A stretch of DNA of 64,000 nucleotides from assembly GCA_049997815.1 (NCBI GenBank), contig JBEKVQ010000006.1, forward strand, positions 2,613-66,612. The letters are read 5' to 3'. A model generated the notes under the pieces. It searched no databases. It was not told where the DNA came from and saw only the letters and a list, made by a program, of their open reading frames with translations. Source of the DNA: Minisyncoccia bacterium (lineage in GTDB: Bacteria; Patescibacteriota; Minisyncoccia; UBA6257; GWB1-50-10). Of this stretch, positions 1 through 9,237 are shown one piece after another (the stretch's first letter is position 1; each line of letters begins with the position of its first letter). The translations under genes and the position numbers were made by a program.

Positions 1-17
1 ATCCCCGGAAATCATTC

Positions 18-1370
18 TTGGAACAATTCGGCGACCTTTGGAAAGCGGTGCCCAAGATCGCCCTAATGTATACGCGGAGCGTCAATTCCGAATACACGAA
101 CATCTCGGCCGATAGCAAGAATTGCTACATGATAGTCGAATCGTCCAACAACGAGAATTGCATCCATTGCTACTGGATCCAGCAATCCAAGGACCTAGTT
201 GACGTTTCTTTCACCAATAAAGTAGAGCTCTCTTACGAGAGCGATGACAGCTACGATTCCTACAAGATTTTCTACAGCAAGGGGTGCCATGATTGCCGGG
301 AGAGCTATTTCCTTTTGGATTGCCGGAATTGTTCCGACTGTTTCGGCTGCGTCAATTTGAGGAACAAGCAATATCACGTTTTCAACGAACCCTTGGGAAA
401 AGATGGGTACGAAAAATTCCTGAAGGAAGCCCGGTTGGATACGGCGAGCGGAGTCGAGGCGACGAGAAAGAAATTTGCTGAATTTCTGAAGACCCAGCCC
501 AGAAAGTACGCCGAGATAGTTAATGCCGTTAATTCATCGGGTAACTACATAAAAGACGCCAAGAACTGCAATTCTTGTTTTCATTGTTATGACGCCGAGG
601 ACTCCAAATATGGTGTCCATGTCTGGCGGGACGCCAAGGATTGTCTTGACGTCGATACGACCGGCAGGGGAGCTCAAATGATGTACAACTCGATGAATGC
701 CGGGATGAATGTATCGAATCAAATATGTTCCCGAATGTGCTGGTCAAGTACCTTCATGAGTTATTGTTATTATTCTTTCGATTCCAATAATTGTTTTGGA
801 TGCGTCGGGTTGAGGAACAAGAACTACTGCATTTTGAACAAGCAATATGAACCGGAGGAATATAAAGAACTGGTTTCACGGATAAGGGCCAAGATGGTTC
901 AAGACGGGGAGTATGGGGAATACTTGCCGTATAAGATGGCGCCGATCGGATATAATCTTTCTTTACTCGCTTCCACCTATTTCCCGCAGACCAGAGAATC
1001 GGTGGAGAAGCTCGGCGGGACCTGGGACGAATTGGAAAGCACCGGCGGCAACGTCGCTTTGCTCGAACCGGCCGATGATATCGGGGACGTCGACGAGAGC
1101 ATCGTAAAATACGGGATAAAATGCCTGGAGACCGGCCGGCCCTTCAATATCACGAAGGATGAATTGGATTTCCTGAAGAGGCACGGGATTCCGGTGCCGC
1201 GATATTATCCGGATGTGCGGACGTCCGAACGGTACAAGAAACTGGCGGATATCCGTCCGAGGGAAGCCAAGTGTTTCTTTTGCCAAAAACCCATAATCCA
1301 CTACTACCTGCCGGAGTGGGGATACAAAAAAATCGCGTGCAATGATTGTTATCTTAAAGAGGTAATTTAA
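18..1370 (+). CDS. Cys-rich zinc-ribbon repeat protein, family copy 1. The 5' end is cut by the window edge (frame open to position 3), so it is aligned to mid and C-terminal regions of the other copies. It has a divergent C-terminal ribbon module (ends CNDCYLKEVI).
   Basis: Frame open to window start. Mid-region motifs match the other copies (VNSEYTNISADSKNCYMIV, CRNCSDCFGCVNLRNKQYHVFN, FGCVGLRNKNYCILNKQYEPEEYKEL). A CxxC....CxxC tail is present. Confidence 0.6.
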   Translation: MEQFGDLWKAVPKIALMYTRSVNSEYTNISADSKNCYMIVESSNNENCIHCYWIQQSKDLVDVSFTNKVELSYESDDSYDSYKIFYSKGCHDCRESYFLLDCRNCSDCFGCVNLRNKQYHVFNEPLGKDGYEKFLKEARLDTASGVEATRKKFAEFLKTQPRKYAEIVNAVNSSGNYIKDAKNCNSCFHCYDAEDSKYGVHVWRDAKDCLDVDTTGRGAQMMYNSMNAGMNVSNQICSRMCWSSTFMSYCYYSFDSNNCFGCVGLRNKNYCILNKQYEPEEYKELVSRIRAKMVQDGEYGEYLPYKMAPIGYNLSLLASTYFPQTRESVEKLGGTWDELESTGGNVALLEPADDIGDVDESIVKYGIKCLETGRPFNITKDELDFLKRHGIPVPRYYPDVRTSERYKKLADIRPREAKCFFCQKPIIHYYLPEWGYKKIACNDCYLKEVI

Positions 1371-1385
1371 CTAGCAACCAGAGAC

Positions 1386-3131
1386 ATGCAACAAGAGACA
1401 AGGAATTGTCAGAGCTGTAAAAAACCTTTTGCAATTGAGCCGGAGGACTTCGCTTTCTACGAGCGGATAAAAGTTCCGGCGCCGACGTGGTGCCCGGAGT
1501 GCCGGATGAAGCGCAGAATGACCTTCCGGAGCGAGCACTCGCTCTTTAAAAGAAAGTGCGACCTATGCGGGAAGGAGATCATCGCCATGTACCATCCCGA
1601 GGCGGACGTTGTCGTCTACTGCTACGACTGCTGGTGGAGTGATAAGTGGGATGCCGCCGATTACGGAAAGGAATACGATTTCACGAAGCCGTTCTTCAAG
1701 CAATTCGGCCAGCTCTTGAAAGAAGTCCCGAGAGCGGCGCTCGAAGGATACAAGAATGAAAACTGTCCCTACACCAACTACACCTGGTTCTGCAAGAATA
1801 TCTACCTTTCCCCCTCGACTCTTTACTCCGAGAATATTTGGTATTCCCACGGGGTTACCTATTGCCAAGACAGCATGGACTGCGTTTATATCTATAATTC
1901 TCAGCTTTGTTACGAGTCGCTGGATTCGCTGTACTGCTCAAATTGCAAGTACCTGACCGATTGCCGGGAGTGCATCGATTGCGCATTCCTTTTCGATTGC
2001 CGCGGATGCCAGAGCTGTTTCATGAGTTCGAATCTTCGGAACAAATCGTACGTTTTCAGAAATACGCAGTTGTCCAAGGAGGAATACGAAATAAAAATGA
2101 GCGAGGTTAATCTCGGGAGCAGTTCCGCCACGGAAAAGCTTTTCCCTGAATACGAGAATTTGAGGTCGCGGGCCATCCATCGCTTCGCGAGCCTTTTTCA
2201 CACGAAGAACTGCACCGGAAATAATTTGAGCAATGCGAAAGACACGAGGTTCTGCTTTACCGGCGAGAAGCTGGAAAACGTGAGCCACGGCATCCGCATA
2301 ATCGACGCCAAGGATTCCGCCGACCTCTACGGCGTCGGGGACGGAGCCGAACTTCTCTACGACGGCGTGAACGTCGGATATCGGGATTCGCTCATCAGAT
2401 TTTCCATGAATACTTTTGAAAACATAATCGATGCAACTTATTGCAATGATTGCCGGGTTTCCCGGTATCTCTTCGGTTGTGCCGGCTTGCGGAAGAAGCA
2501 ATATCACATTTTGAACAAGGCCTATTCAAAAGAGGAGTACGAAGCGCTGATACTGAAGATAATCAAACACATGAACGATATGCCGTACACGGATAAAAAG
2601 GGCAAGGCATACCCCTTCGGCGAGTTTTCTCCGTCCGAATTCAGTCCGTTTTCTTACAACGAATCGATTGCGCAGGAGTACTATCCGATAGCCGAGAAGG
2701 AAGCCGTAGAGCAGGGTTTTCGCTGGAGAGCCTTGAGTACCCGGGAATACAAGATCACGAAGAACCCGAATGACCTGCCCGACGATATCAAGGAGGTTCC
2801 CGATTCTATAATTAAGGAAACCATCGGGTGCCTTCACGGAGGTTCGTGCGACGAGCCGTGCACGACCGCTTTCAAGATATTGGAATCGGAACTCCAATTT
2901 TACAGGCGGTTGAACTTGCCCTTGCCGCGTTTATGCCCGAATTGCCGGCATTATCGGCGAATCAAGTACAGGAATCCCCTGAATATACAGCTTTGGCATC
3001 GCGCCTGCATGTGCGGCAAGCCCGGCCACGGACATACGGATAAATGCCGCAACGAATTCGAAACGCCGTATTCTCCCGAACGCCCGGAGATCGTTTACTG
3101 CGAGCAGTGCTATCAATTGGAAGTTTCTTAA
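1386..3131 (+). CDS. Cys-rich zinc-ribbon repeat protein, family copy 2 (581 aa)
   Basis: N-term MQQETRNCQSCKKPFAIEPEDFAFYERIKVPAPTWCPECRMKRR. Internal CxxCxxCxxC-LRNK-Y-xxN-xYSKEEYE repeats. C-term FYRRLNLPLPRLCPNCRHY...NEFETPYSPERPEIVYCEQCYQLEVS. Confidence 0.7.
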   Translation: MQQETRNCQSCKKPFAIEPEDFAFYERIKVPAPTWCPECRMKRRMTFRSEHSLFKRKCDLCGKEIIAMYHPEADVVVYCYDCWWSDKWDAADYGKEYDFTKPFFKQFGQLLKEVPRAALEGYKNENCPYTNYTWFCKNIYLSPSTLYSENIWYSHGVTYCQDSMDCVYIYNSQLCYESLDSLYCSNCKYLTDCRECIDCAFLFDCRGCQSCFMSSNLRNKSYVFRNTQLSKEEYEIKMSEVNLGSSSATEKLFPEYENLRSRAIHRFASLFHTKNCTGNNLSNAKDTRFCFTGEKLENVSHGIRIIDAKDSADLYGVGDGAELLYDGVNVGYRDSLIRFSMNTFENIIDATYCNDCRVSRYLFGCAGLRKKQYHILNKAYSKEEYEALILKIIKHMNDMPYTDKKGKAYPFGEFSPSEFSPFSYNESIAQEYYPIAEKEAVEQGFRWRALSTREYKITKNPNDLPDDIKEVPDSIIKETIGCLHGGSCDEPCTTAFKILESELQFYRRLNLPLPRLCPNCRHYRRIKYRNPLNIQLWHRACMCGKPGHGHTDKCRNEFETPYSPERPEIVYCEQCYQLEVS

Positions 3132-3175
3132 TCGATTCCGAGATTGCCTGATTTAGTGTTATAATTATTCAAATA

Positions 3176-5074
3176 ATGGCGAACGAGATCGAAAAGGACG
3201 TCGTCTATTTTGCGAGAACCGATTTCCGCAACAGCGAGCGGCTTTTCGGCATCAAGCGCAAGGACCGGCGCCAGCACATGTACGTTATCGGCAAGACCGG
3301 CACCGGAAAGTCCGTCCTTTTGAACAACTTGATCATCCAAGACATCGCGAACGGCGAGGGTTTGTGCGTGATAGACCCGCACGGCGAATTGGCCGAGGGC
3401 CTTTTGGAAAAGATTCCCAAGGAGCGGATGAACGACGTCATCTATTTCAATCCCGCCGATGCGGATTTCCATATCGGCTTTAACGTATTGGAATTGCCCG
3501 ACCCCAAATACAAGCACTTGGCCGCTTCGGGCCTGATGAGCATCTTCACGAAGATATGGTCCGGCGTTTGGTCGGCGAGGATGGAATACATTTTGAACAA
3601 TGCGATTCTCGCGCTCTTGGATACGCCCGGCTCGACCCTCCTGGGCGTCACGCGGCTTTTAGTGGACAAAGAGTATCGCCAGAAAATTGTGGGGAACATC
3701 AAAGACCCGGTCGTGAAGGCCTTTTGGGTGAATGAGTACGAGGAGTGGAAGGACCAGTTCCGGAACGAGGCCATCGCGCCCATTCAAAACAAAGTCGGCC
3801 AGTTCCTCTCGACCTCGATGGTCCGGAACATCGTCGGCCAGTCCAAGAGCACGATAGATATCTTCGACATAATGAACACGGGAAAGATTTTCATCGTGAA
3901 CGTCTCGAAGGGACGCATCGGCGAGGACAACTCGGCACTTCTGGGAGCGATGCTCATCACGAAGATTCAGCTCGCTTCGATGGAGCGCGTGCGCGTGCCG
4001 GAAGACGAGCGCGTTGATTTTTATCTCTATGTGGACGAGTTCCAGAACTTCGCGACCGATTCTTTCGCGAGCATCTTGTCCGAATCCAGAAAATACCGGT
4101 TGGATTTGATTTTGGCCCATCAGTACATCGGCCAGCTCGTGACGGACGTTTCAACCAAGGTACGCGACGCGGTTTTCGGCAACGTCGGTACGATGGTTTG
4201 TTTCCGGGTAGGTGCGGCCGACGCCGAGTTTTTGGAAAGCGAATTCGAACCCGAATTCGTACCCCAAGATTTCGTTAACCTTCCGAACTACACGATTTAC
4301 CTGAAGCTAATGGTGGATGGCGTTACGAGCCGGCCCTTTTCGGCGAAGACGCTTCCGCCATTCAAGGTCAATTCATCCTCGGAGCTCGTAAAACACATCA
4401 TTGACAGTTCAAGGAAGCGTTACACGCGGCCGGCCTGGGAGGTGGAGAAGGAGGTTAGAGAGTGGAGTGGTATGACCGGTCCGGGCGGTGGCGGCGGTTC
4501 CTCGACGGGTCTTGGTTTCGGAAAATACGAGGTCGTGTGCTCTTCCTGTGGCAAGACGACGACCGTTCCCTTCGAGCCCCAGCCGGGACGGCCGGTCTAC
4601 TGCCAGGATTGCTTGGCCAAGATAAAGGCGGGCGAACTCCAACCGGTCACGGTTCGCAGGGATTCTCCGGCGGTGGCTTCAACCCAGATGAATCAATTCA
4701 CTGATCTGTCTAAGTTGGGCATTGAGTATGAAGAAAAGGTAGCGCCGCCGCCTAGGGCGGAACGGAAACCGGAAGAAGCGAGAAAAGAACCACCCGTGTT
4801 CAAAAAGGCCTTCAGTACTTTCAGACCCCAGCCAAGGGCTCAACAACAGCCCCAATCGAACGTCCAACAACAATCCCAAACAAGGACTCAAAGGCCGCCG
4901 GCCTTCGAGGAAAAACCATTCATTGAGGAATCGGAAAAACCGGCAATGTCCCTATCGGAGCTCTCGAAGCCCCACGAAGAAAAGAAAACGAAGGAACCGA
5001 AAGAAGGAATGGACGTGGAAAGTTTGCGGAACGCCTTGAAGGAAGCCCTGATCAACGTTGATGATAAGAAATAA
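3176..5074 (+). CDS. P-loop NTPase of the TraD/TraG(VirD4)/HerA-like (DUF87-type) superfamily. It has a C-terminal CxxC...CxxC zinc ribbon and a Pro/Gln/Glu/Lys-rich low-complexity tail. No N-terminal TM helices.
   Basis: Walker A YVIGKTGTGKSVLL. Walker B-like FYLYVDEFQNF followed by RKYRLDLILAHQYIGQL. Gly linker GPGGGGGSSTGLGFG then KYEVVCSSCGKTTTVPFEPQPGRPVYCQDC. Tail QQQPQSNVQQQSQTRTQRPP...EEKKTKEPKEG. Confidence 0.55.
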   Translation: MANEIEKDVVYFARTDFRNSERLFGIKRKDRRQHMYVIGKTGTGKSVLLNNLIIQDIANGEGLCVIDPHGELAEGLLEKIPKERMNDVIYFNPADADFHIGFNVLELPDPKYKHLAASGLMSIFTKIWSGVWSARMEYILNNAILALLDTPGSTLLGVTRLLVDKEYRQKIVGNIKDPVVKAFWVNEYEEWKDQFRNEAIAPIQNKVGQFLSTSMVRNIVGQSKSTIDIFDIMNTGKIFIVNVSKGRIGEDNSALLGAMLITKIQLASMERVRVPEDERVDFYLYVDEFQNFATDSFASILSESRKYRLDLILAHQYIGQLVTDVSTKVRDAVFGNVGTMVCFRVGAADAEFLESEFEPEFVPQDFVNLPNYTIYLKLMVDGVTSRPFSAKTLPPFKVNSSSELVKHIIDSSRKRYTRPAWEVEKEVREWSGMTGPGGGGGSSTGLGFGKYEVVCSSCGKTTTVPFEPQPGRPVYCQDCLAKIKAGELQPVTVRRDSPAVASTQMNQFTDLSKLGIEYEEKVAPPPRAERKPEEARKEPPVFKKAFSTFRPQPRAQQQPQSNVQQQSQTRTQRPPAFEEKPFIEESEKPAMSLSELSKPHEEKKTKEPKEGMDVESLRNALKEALINVDDKK

Positions 5075-5079
5075 AGCGC

Positions 5080-5655
5080 TTAACTCTTTTCTACTCGCTC
5101 AACGTATTCTCCGGTAGTCGTATTTATTCTCAGAATGTCGCCTTCATTGATGAAGAGAGGAACGTTCAATTTCGCTCCGGTCTCGAGCGTTACCGATTTC
5201 GTGCCACCTTGGGCGGTATTGCCCTTGATGGCCGGCGGGGCTTCCGTTACCTTCAAGTCCATTTTTATCGGCAGTTCCATGTTGATGATTTTGTCCCCAA
5301 ACTTATAAGCCATTACCTCCAGGTTGGTTTTCAGAAATTTAGCGGCCGCGCCGATCGTTTCCTCTTTGAGGGGGAAGCGATTCTTCGGATTGCCCTTCTC
5401 GTTGAACCAATATTCACCCCGGCTCTGGTAGATGAAGACCACCGGCGTCATATCTATCTCGGCCTCCTCGAATTCTTCGTTCTGGTGCGCGGAATAATCC
5501 ACCACCTTGCCGCTCACGAGATTCTCGATCTTAAGCTGGGTGACGGGCTTTCTCTGTTGCATTCGGATGAAGGCGTAATCCAGCACTTTCCAAGGTTCTC
5601 CGTCCTTTATGAAAATCGTGCCGACCTTCAGCTCGTTGTAGGATAATCTGGACAT
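5080..5655 (-). CDS. efp: Elongation factor P (EF-P), 191 aa, with a non-canonical modification loop
   Basis: Length and three-OB-domain layout fit EF-P. C-terminal segment TKSVTLETGAKLNVPLFINEGDILRINTTTGEYVERV matches the EF-P consensus. The KPGKG loop is replaced by MQQRKPV. Confidence 0.7.
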   Translation of the reverse strand: MSRLSYNELKVGTIFIKDGEPWKVLDYAFIRMQQRKPVTQLKIENLVSGKVVDYSAHQNEEFEEAEIDMTPVVFIYQSRGEYWFNEKGNPKNRFPLKEETIGAAAKFLKTNLEVMAYKFGDKIINMELPIKMDLKVTEAPPAIKGNTAQGGTKSVTLETGAKLNVPLFINEGDILRINTTTGEYVERVEKS

Positions 5656-5700
5656 ATTTTTATAACGTTCACTATTTTATTGAAAGTCCTAGAAAAATGC

Positions 5701-5744
5701 AAATAAAATAAAAAATCCGTAATCCCTCGGTTGAGAAATTACGG
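5701..5744 (-). terminator. Rho-independent terminator for the minus-strand small membrane protein gene
   Basis: Inverted repeat CCGTAAT...ATTACGG (5717-5744). On the minus strand it is followed by a T-rich run (revcomp of 5701-5716). Confidence 0.45.
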
Positions 5745-5770
5745 ATAAATGAGTGCGCTCAGCGCAATTA

Positions 5771-5983
5771 CTATGGATGAGGCAAGCGGGGAGTTTTGTC
5801 GCCTCTCCCTAGGGTTACACCTATGAGTCCCATCGCGAAGAGGAACCCCCCTGGAACTATGCGAAGAGTCATTGCTTCGCGTTCGGGCGAGCCGAAGGTT
5901 GAATCCCATCCAATTGACAGTCCCCATACAATGAGGATGATTCCGATGATAAATAGAAAAGCCCATACCGATTTTCTAGTCAT
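5771..5983 (-). CDS. Small hydrophobic membrane protein (~70 aa), paralog A, C-terminus ...PRLPHP
   Basis: ATG at 5981-5983 on the minus strand gives MTRKSVWAFLFIIGIILIVWGL...GDKTPRLPHP. Two predicted TM segments. The longer 122-aa ORF call extends upstream without support. Confidence 0.4.
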   Translation of the reverse strand: MTRKSVWAFLFIIGIILIVWGLSIGWDSTFGSPEREAMTLRIVPGGFLFAMGLIGVTLGRGDKTPRLPHP

Positions 5984-6004
5984 GGCTATCTCCCTGGCTA
6001 ATGT

Positions 6005-6050
6005 TCGGTGTTGTAAATCTACAGTGTTTGTTGCTATGGATGAGGTAGAC
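6005..6050. repeat. Direct repeat unit GGTGTTGTAAATCTACAGTGTTTGTTGCTATGGATGAGG (copy 1)
   Basis: Near-identical ~40 bp sequence recurs at 6245-6290. Its 3' part (CTATGGATGAGG) also recurs at 5771-5782. Confidence 0.5.
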
Positions 6051-6231
6051 GAGGTTGAGATCTTTTCGTCGATGGGAAGGCTCTGGGTGTCAAATATATC
6101 AGAGATAGAATTGCCCCCAAAATACCAATTCCTCTCCATACGTTGATAATCGGAAATTCGGGCATGAATATGAGGGGTGCAATCATACAGAGCAGTCCAA
6201 CGACCAGTAGAATGGCAGAGGGTTTTTTCAT
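6034..6231 (-). CDS. Small hydrophobic membrane protein (65 aa), paralog B, C-terminus ...PRLPHP
   Basis: MKKPSAILLVVGLLCMIAPLIFMPEFPIINVWRGIGILGAILSLIYL...RSQPRLPHP. It has the same CTATGGATGAGG 3' end as paralog A, 263 bp away. Confidence 0.4.
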   Translation of the reverse strand: MKKPSAILLVVGLLCMIAPLIFMPEFPIINVWRGIGILGAILSLIYLTPRAFPSTKRSQPRLPHP

Positions 6232-6244
6232 GGTGGTGTCTTTC

Positions 6245-6290
6245 TAGCTGTGATCTGGTGTTGTGAATTTGTAGTGTTTGCTGCTATTAT
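6245..6290. repeat. Direct repeat unit GGTGTTGTGAATTTGTAGTGTTTGCTGCTATTATAATG (copy 2). It overlaps the putative -10 (TATAAT) of mnmA.
   Basis: About 85% identical to 6005-6050. It lies in the divergent region between the small membrane gene and mnmA. Confidence 0.5.
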
Positions 6291-6310
6291 AATGACAAAC
6301 ATATAGTCTT

Positions 6311-7465
6311 ATGTCAAGAATAAAAGAAAAATTTAATCCCAAACAGGGCCGAAGGATTTTCGTAGGAATGTCCGGCGGGGTAGATTCTTCGGTTGCTGCT
6401 CATCTACTTAAAGAACAAGGCTTCGATGTAACCGGCGTTTTTATCCGTTCTTTCAACGTTGACGGTTGCGCCGAGCGGGATGCGGAGGATGCCCGGCGGG
6501 CGGCGGCGCACCTGGGGATTCCGTTCTATGTTTTTGACTTTGAGGAGGAGTATAAAAGGGAGGTGGTGGAGTATATGGTCAATGGCTATCGGAACGGCCT
6601 TACGCCCAATCCGGACGTGATGTGCAACAAGGAGATAAAGTTCGGGTTGTTTTTGAAAAAAGCCCTGGAAATGGGAGCTGACTACATTGCTACTGGGCAC
6701 TACGTTCGCCTAGATCGCTCGTCCAACACCCCTGCTCAGGGTGTCTCCGGGGCGACGCCCAAGTCTTACCCTTCGCAGGAGTGTCGGAACCCGCTCTCAG
6801 TAGCTCGTGATGCCAATAAAGATCAAAGCTATTTCCTGTGGACACTGACCCAGGATCAATTAGGGTATTGTCTTTTTCCAATTGGAGATTATTTGAAGGG
6901 GGAAGTGAGGGAAATCGCGCGGAAAGCGGGATTGCCGACGGCGGAAAAGAAAGACTCGCAGGGCATCTGTTTTCTGGGCGATGTGGCGCTCGACGAATTC
7001 CTGAAGGATTATATAAAGCCAAAGAGGGGGCCGATCGTTGATATAGATGGCAATAAGGTCGGTGAGCACGACGGGATTTTTTTCTATACCATCGGCCAGC
7101 GGCACGGCCTAGGTCTTGGCGGAGGGGAGCCGTACTACATCGCCGACAAAATTTTGAAGACCAATACGCTCATGATGGCGCGAGGGAGCGATAATCCAGC
7201 ACTTTTTAAAAAGGAAATAGAAATTGCGGATGTCCATTTTATCGATTCAAACCCTTCCGATAAACAAAGGGTTTTCGCTAGAGTTCGGTATCGTCAGCCA
7301 CTCGTCCCGGCGGAACTTCAGCGGCTCTCAAATTCAAATTATCGACTTGTCTTCAAGAGGGCGGTAAAATTTGTCGCGCCCGGCCAGTCGGCGGTCTTCT
7401 ACGAGGCCGGATACTTCGCCGGTCTTCGCGGCCGGAGGATGCTGGGGGGTGGTATAATAATTTGA
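6311..7465 (+). CDS. mnmA: tRNA-specific 2-thiouridylase MnmA
   Basis: PP-loop SGGVDSSVAA. Motifs NKEIKFGLF, ATGHYVR, KDQSYFLW and GICFLGD are typical of MnmA/TrmU. Confidence 0.85.
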   Translation: MSRIKEKFNPKQGRRIFVGMSGGVDSSVAAHLLKEQGFDVTGVFIRSFNVDGCAERDAEDARRAAAHLGIPFYVFDFEEEYKREVVEYMVNGYRNGLTPNPDVMCNKEIKFGLFLKKALEMGADYIATGHYVRLDRSSNTPAQGVSGATPKSYPSQECRNPLSVARDANKDQSYFLWTLTQDQLGYCLFPIGDYLKGEVREIARKAGLPTAEKKDSQGICFLGDVALDEFLKDYIKPKRGPIVDIDGNKVGEHDGIFFYTIGQRHGLGLGGGEPYYIADKILKTNTLMMARGSDNPALFKKEIEIADVHFIDSNPSDKQRVFARVRYRQPLVPAELQRLSNSNYRLVFKRAVKFVAPGQSAVFYEAGYFAGLRGRRMLGGGIII

Positions 7466-9237
7466 TGAACCCTGAAACAAAAACCTGCCAAAACTGCAAG
7501 CAACCGTTCAGAATTGAACCGGACGATTTTGCGTTTTACGAGCAGATAAAAGTTCCGCCACCGACTTTCTGTTTTGACTGTCGTTTGGAACGCCGCATGG
7601 TCTGGCGGAACGAGCGCTCGCTTTACAGGAGAAAATGCAATGCGCCGGGGCATTCGGAGGACATCATAAGCATGTACGCGCCGGAGGGGGAGTATAACGT
7701 CGTCGATTCAAAGTTCTGGTGGTCGGACGGGTGGGACCCGATGATGTACGGGCTTTATTACAATTTTTCCGTCCCGTTCTTCAAGCAATTCGAACGGTTG
7801 ACCCACAGCGTGCCGCTTTTGAATCTCTCCATCGTGAATTCGAATAATTCGGACTATACGAACTACGTGGACGGGAACAAGGACTGCTATCTGGTTTTCG
7901 GTTCGGGATGGAACGAGAACGTCAATTACGGCAACAAGATAATGGGCAATAAGGACTCCCAGGACCTTTTGGGTACCACGAAGTGCGAACTCTCGTATGA
8001 GAGCGTTAATTGCGTGGAGTGCTATCGGCTGCTTTACAGCCGGAACTGCAAGGCCTGTTCAAATTCTTGGTTTCTGTACAACTGCCGGAATTGTCAGGAT
8101 TGCGTCGGTTGCGCCAATCAGAACAACAAGACGCACTGCATTTTCAACGTCCAATACTCTAAAGAGGAGTACGAAAAGAAGCTGGGAGAGCTTGGGCTTA
8201 ATACAGTCGGAGGCATTGCTTCCGTTAAAGAGGAATTCACAAAAACCTATCTGCAGGTGCCTCACCGCTACGCGAATATTTTCAATTCGGTGGACTGCAC
8301 GGGGGAGAACATCAACGATTCGAAGAACGTAAAATATTCATTCGATATCTTCGAAAAGATGGAGGATTCGAGATATATGTACGGTTCGCTCCAGACCAAG
8401 GATTGCTACGACGGGAACGGCATTTACCAGAATCCGATGTGCTACGAGACGGTGGACGCGAACATCGGCCAGAACGTGCACATGTCGCTCACCATTTATT
8501 CCTCGAATGACATAACCTACTGCTGGAATTGCCACTCTTCATCCGACCTCTTCGGCTGCGTCGGTTTGCGCAATAAGAAGTATTGCATCTTGAACAAACA
8601 GTATACGAAAGAGGAATATGACGAGTTGCTCCCCAAGATAAAGAAACACATGAACGATATGCCGTATGTAGACAAGATTGGCCGGAAATACGGGTACGGG
8701 GAGTACTTCCCGGACGAAATATCGCCGTTCGCGCACAACGAGTCCATCTCGCAGGAGTATTTCACGCTTTCGAAAGAGGAAACCGAAAAAGCCGGATACG
8801 CCTGGCGCAATATGCTTGAACGGGATTATCGCCCGACCCTGCGTTCGGACCAGCTTCCGGACAGCTCCAGTTTTCCCGAATCTATCGCGAACGAGGTCGT
8901 GGAGTGCGAACACAAAGGGAGTTGCAACGAACAATGCACGACGGCTTTCAAATTCATTCCAGCTGAGATTCAGTTCTATAAGCGGCTGAACCTCCCGCTT
9001 CCGCATTTCTGCCCCAATTGCCGGCACTACGCCCGCTTGAGGCAGCGCAATCCGATAAAGCTTTGGCACCGCAAATGCCAGTGCGTCGGGGAAGCGTCCG
9101 AAAACGGCGTCTATCAAAACACCGTCCAACATCAGCATGGAGCAGGAAAATGTCCTAACGAATTTGAGACAAGTTACAGCCCGGAGAGGAAGGAGATAGT
9201 GTATTGCGAGCAGTGTTATCAAGCGGAAGTCGTATGA
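7465..9237 (+). CDS. Cys-rich zinc-ribbon repeat protein, family copy 3 (~590 aa)
   Basis: The ATG at 7465 overlaps the mnmA stop (TGATG). N-term MNPETKTCQNCKQPFRIEPDDFAFYEQIKVPPPTFCFDCR. C-term NEFETSYSPERKEIVYCEQCYQAEVV. Confidence 0.7.
   Translation: MNPETKTCQNCKQPFRIEPDDFAFYEQIKVPPPTFCFDCRLERRMVWRNERSLYRRKCNAPGHSEDIISMYAPEGEYNVVDSKFWWSDGWDPMMYGLYYNFSVPFFKQFERLTHSVPLLNLSIVNSNNSDYTNYVDGNKDCYLVFGSGWNENVNYGNKIMGNKDSQDLLGTTKCELSYESVNCVECYRLLYSRNCKACSNSWFLYNCRNCQDCVGCANQNNKTHCIFNVQYSKEEYEKKLGELGLNTVGGIASVKEEFTKTYLQVPHRYANIFNSVDCTGENINDSKNVKYSFDIFEKMEDSRYMYGSLQTKDCYDGNGIYQNPMCYETVDANIGQNVHMSLTIYSSNDITYCWNCHSSSDLFGCVGLRNKKYCILNKQYTKEEYDELLPKIKKHMNDMPYVDKIGRKYGYGEYFPDEISPFAHNESISQEYFTLSKEETEKAGYAWRNMLERDYRPTLRSDQLPDSSSFPESIANEVVECEHKGSCNEQCTTAFKFIPAEIQFYKRLNLPLPHFCPNCRHYARLRQRNPIKLWHRKCQCVGEASENGVYQNTVQHQHGAGKCPNEFETSYSPERKEIVYCEQCYQAEVV

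Noticed and set aside
3128-3517. Minus-strand 129-aa ORF spanning the fam2/ATPase intergenic region
   Set aside because: It runs antisense across the start of the TraD-like ATPase gene, with no motifs or RBS.
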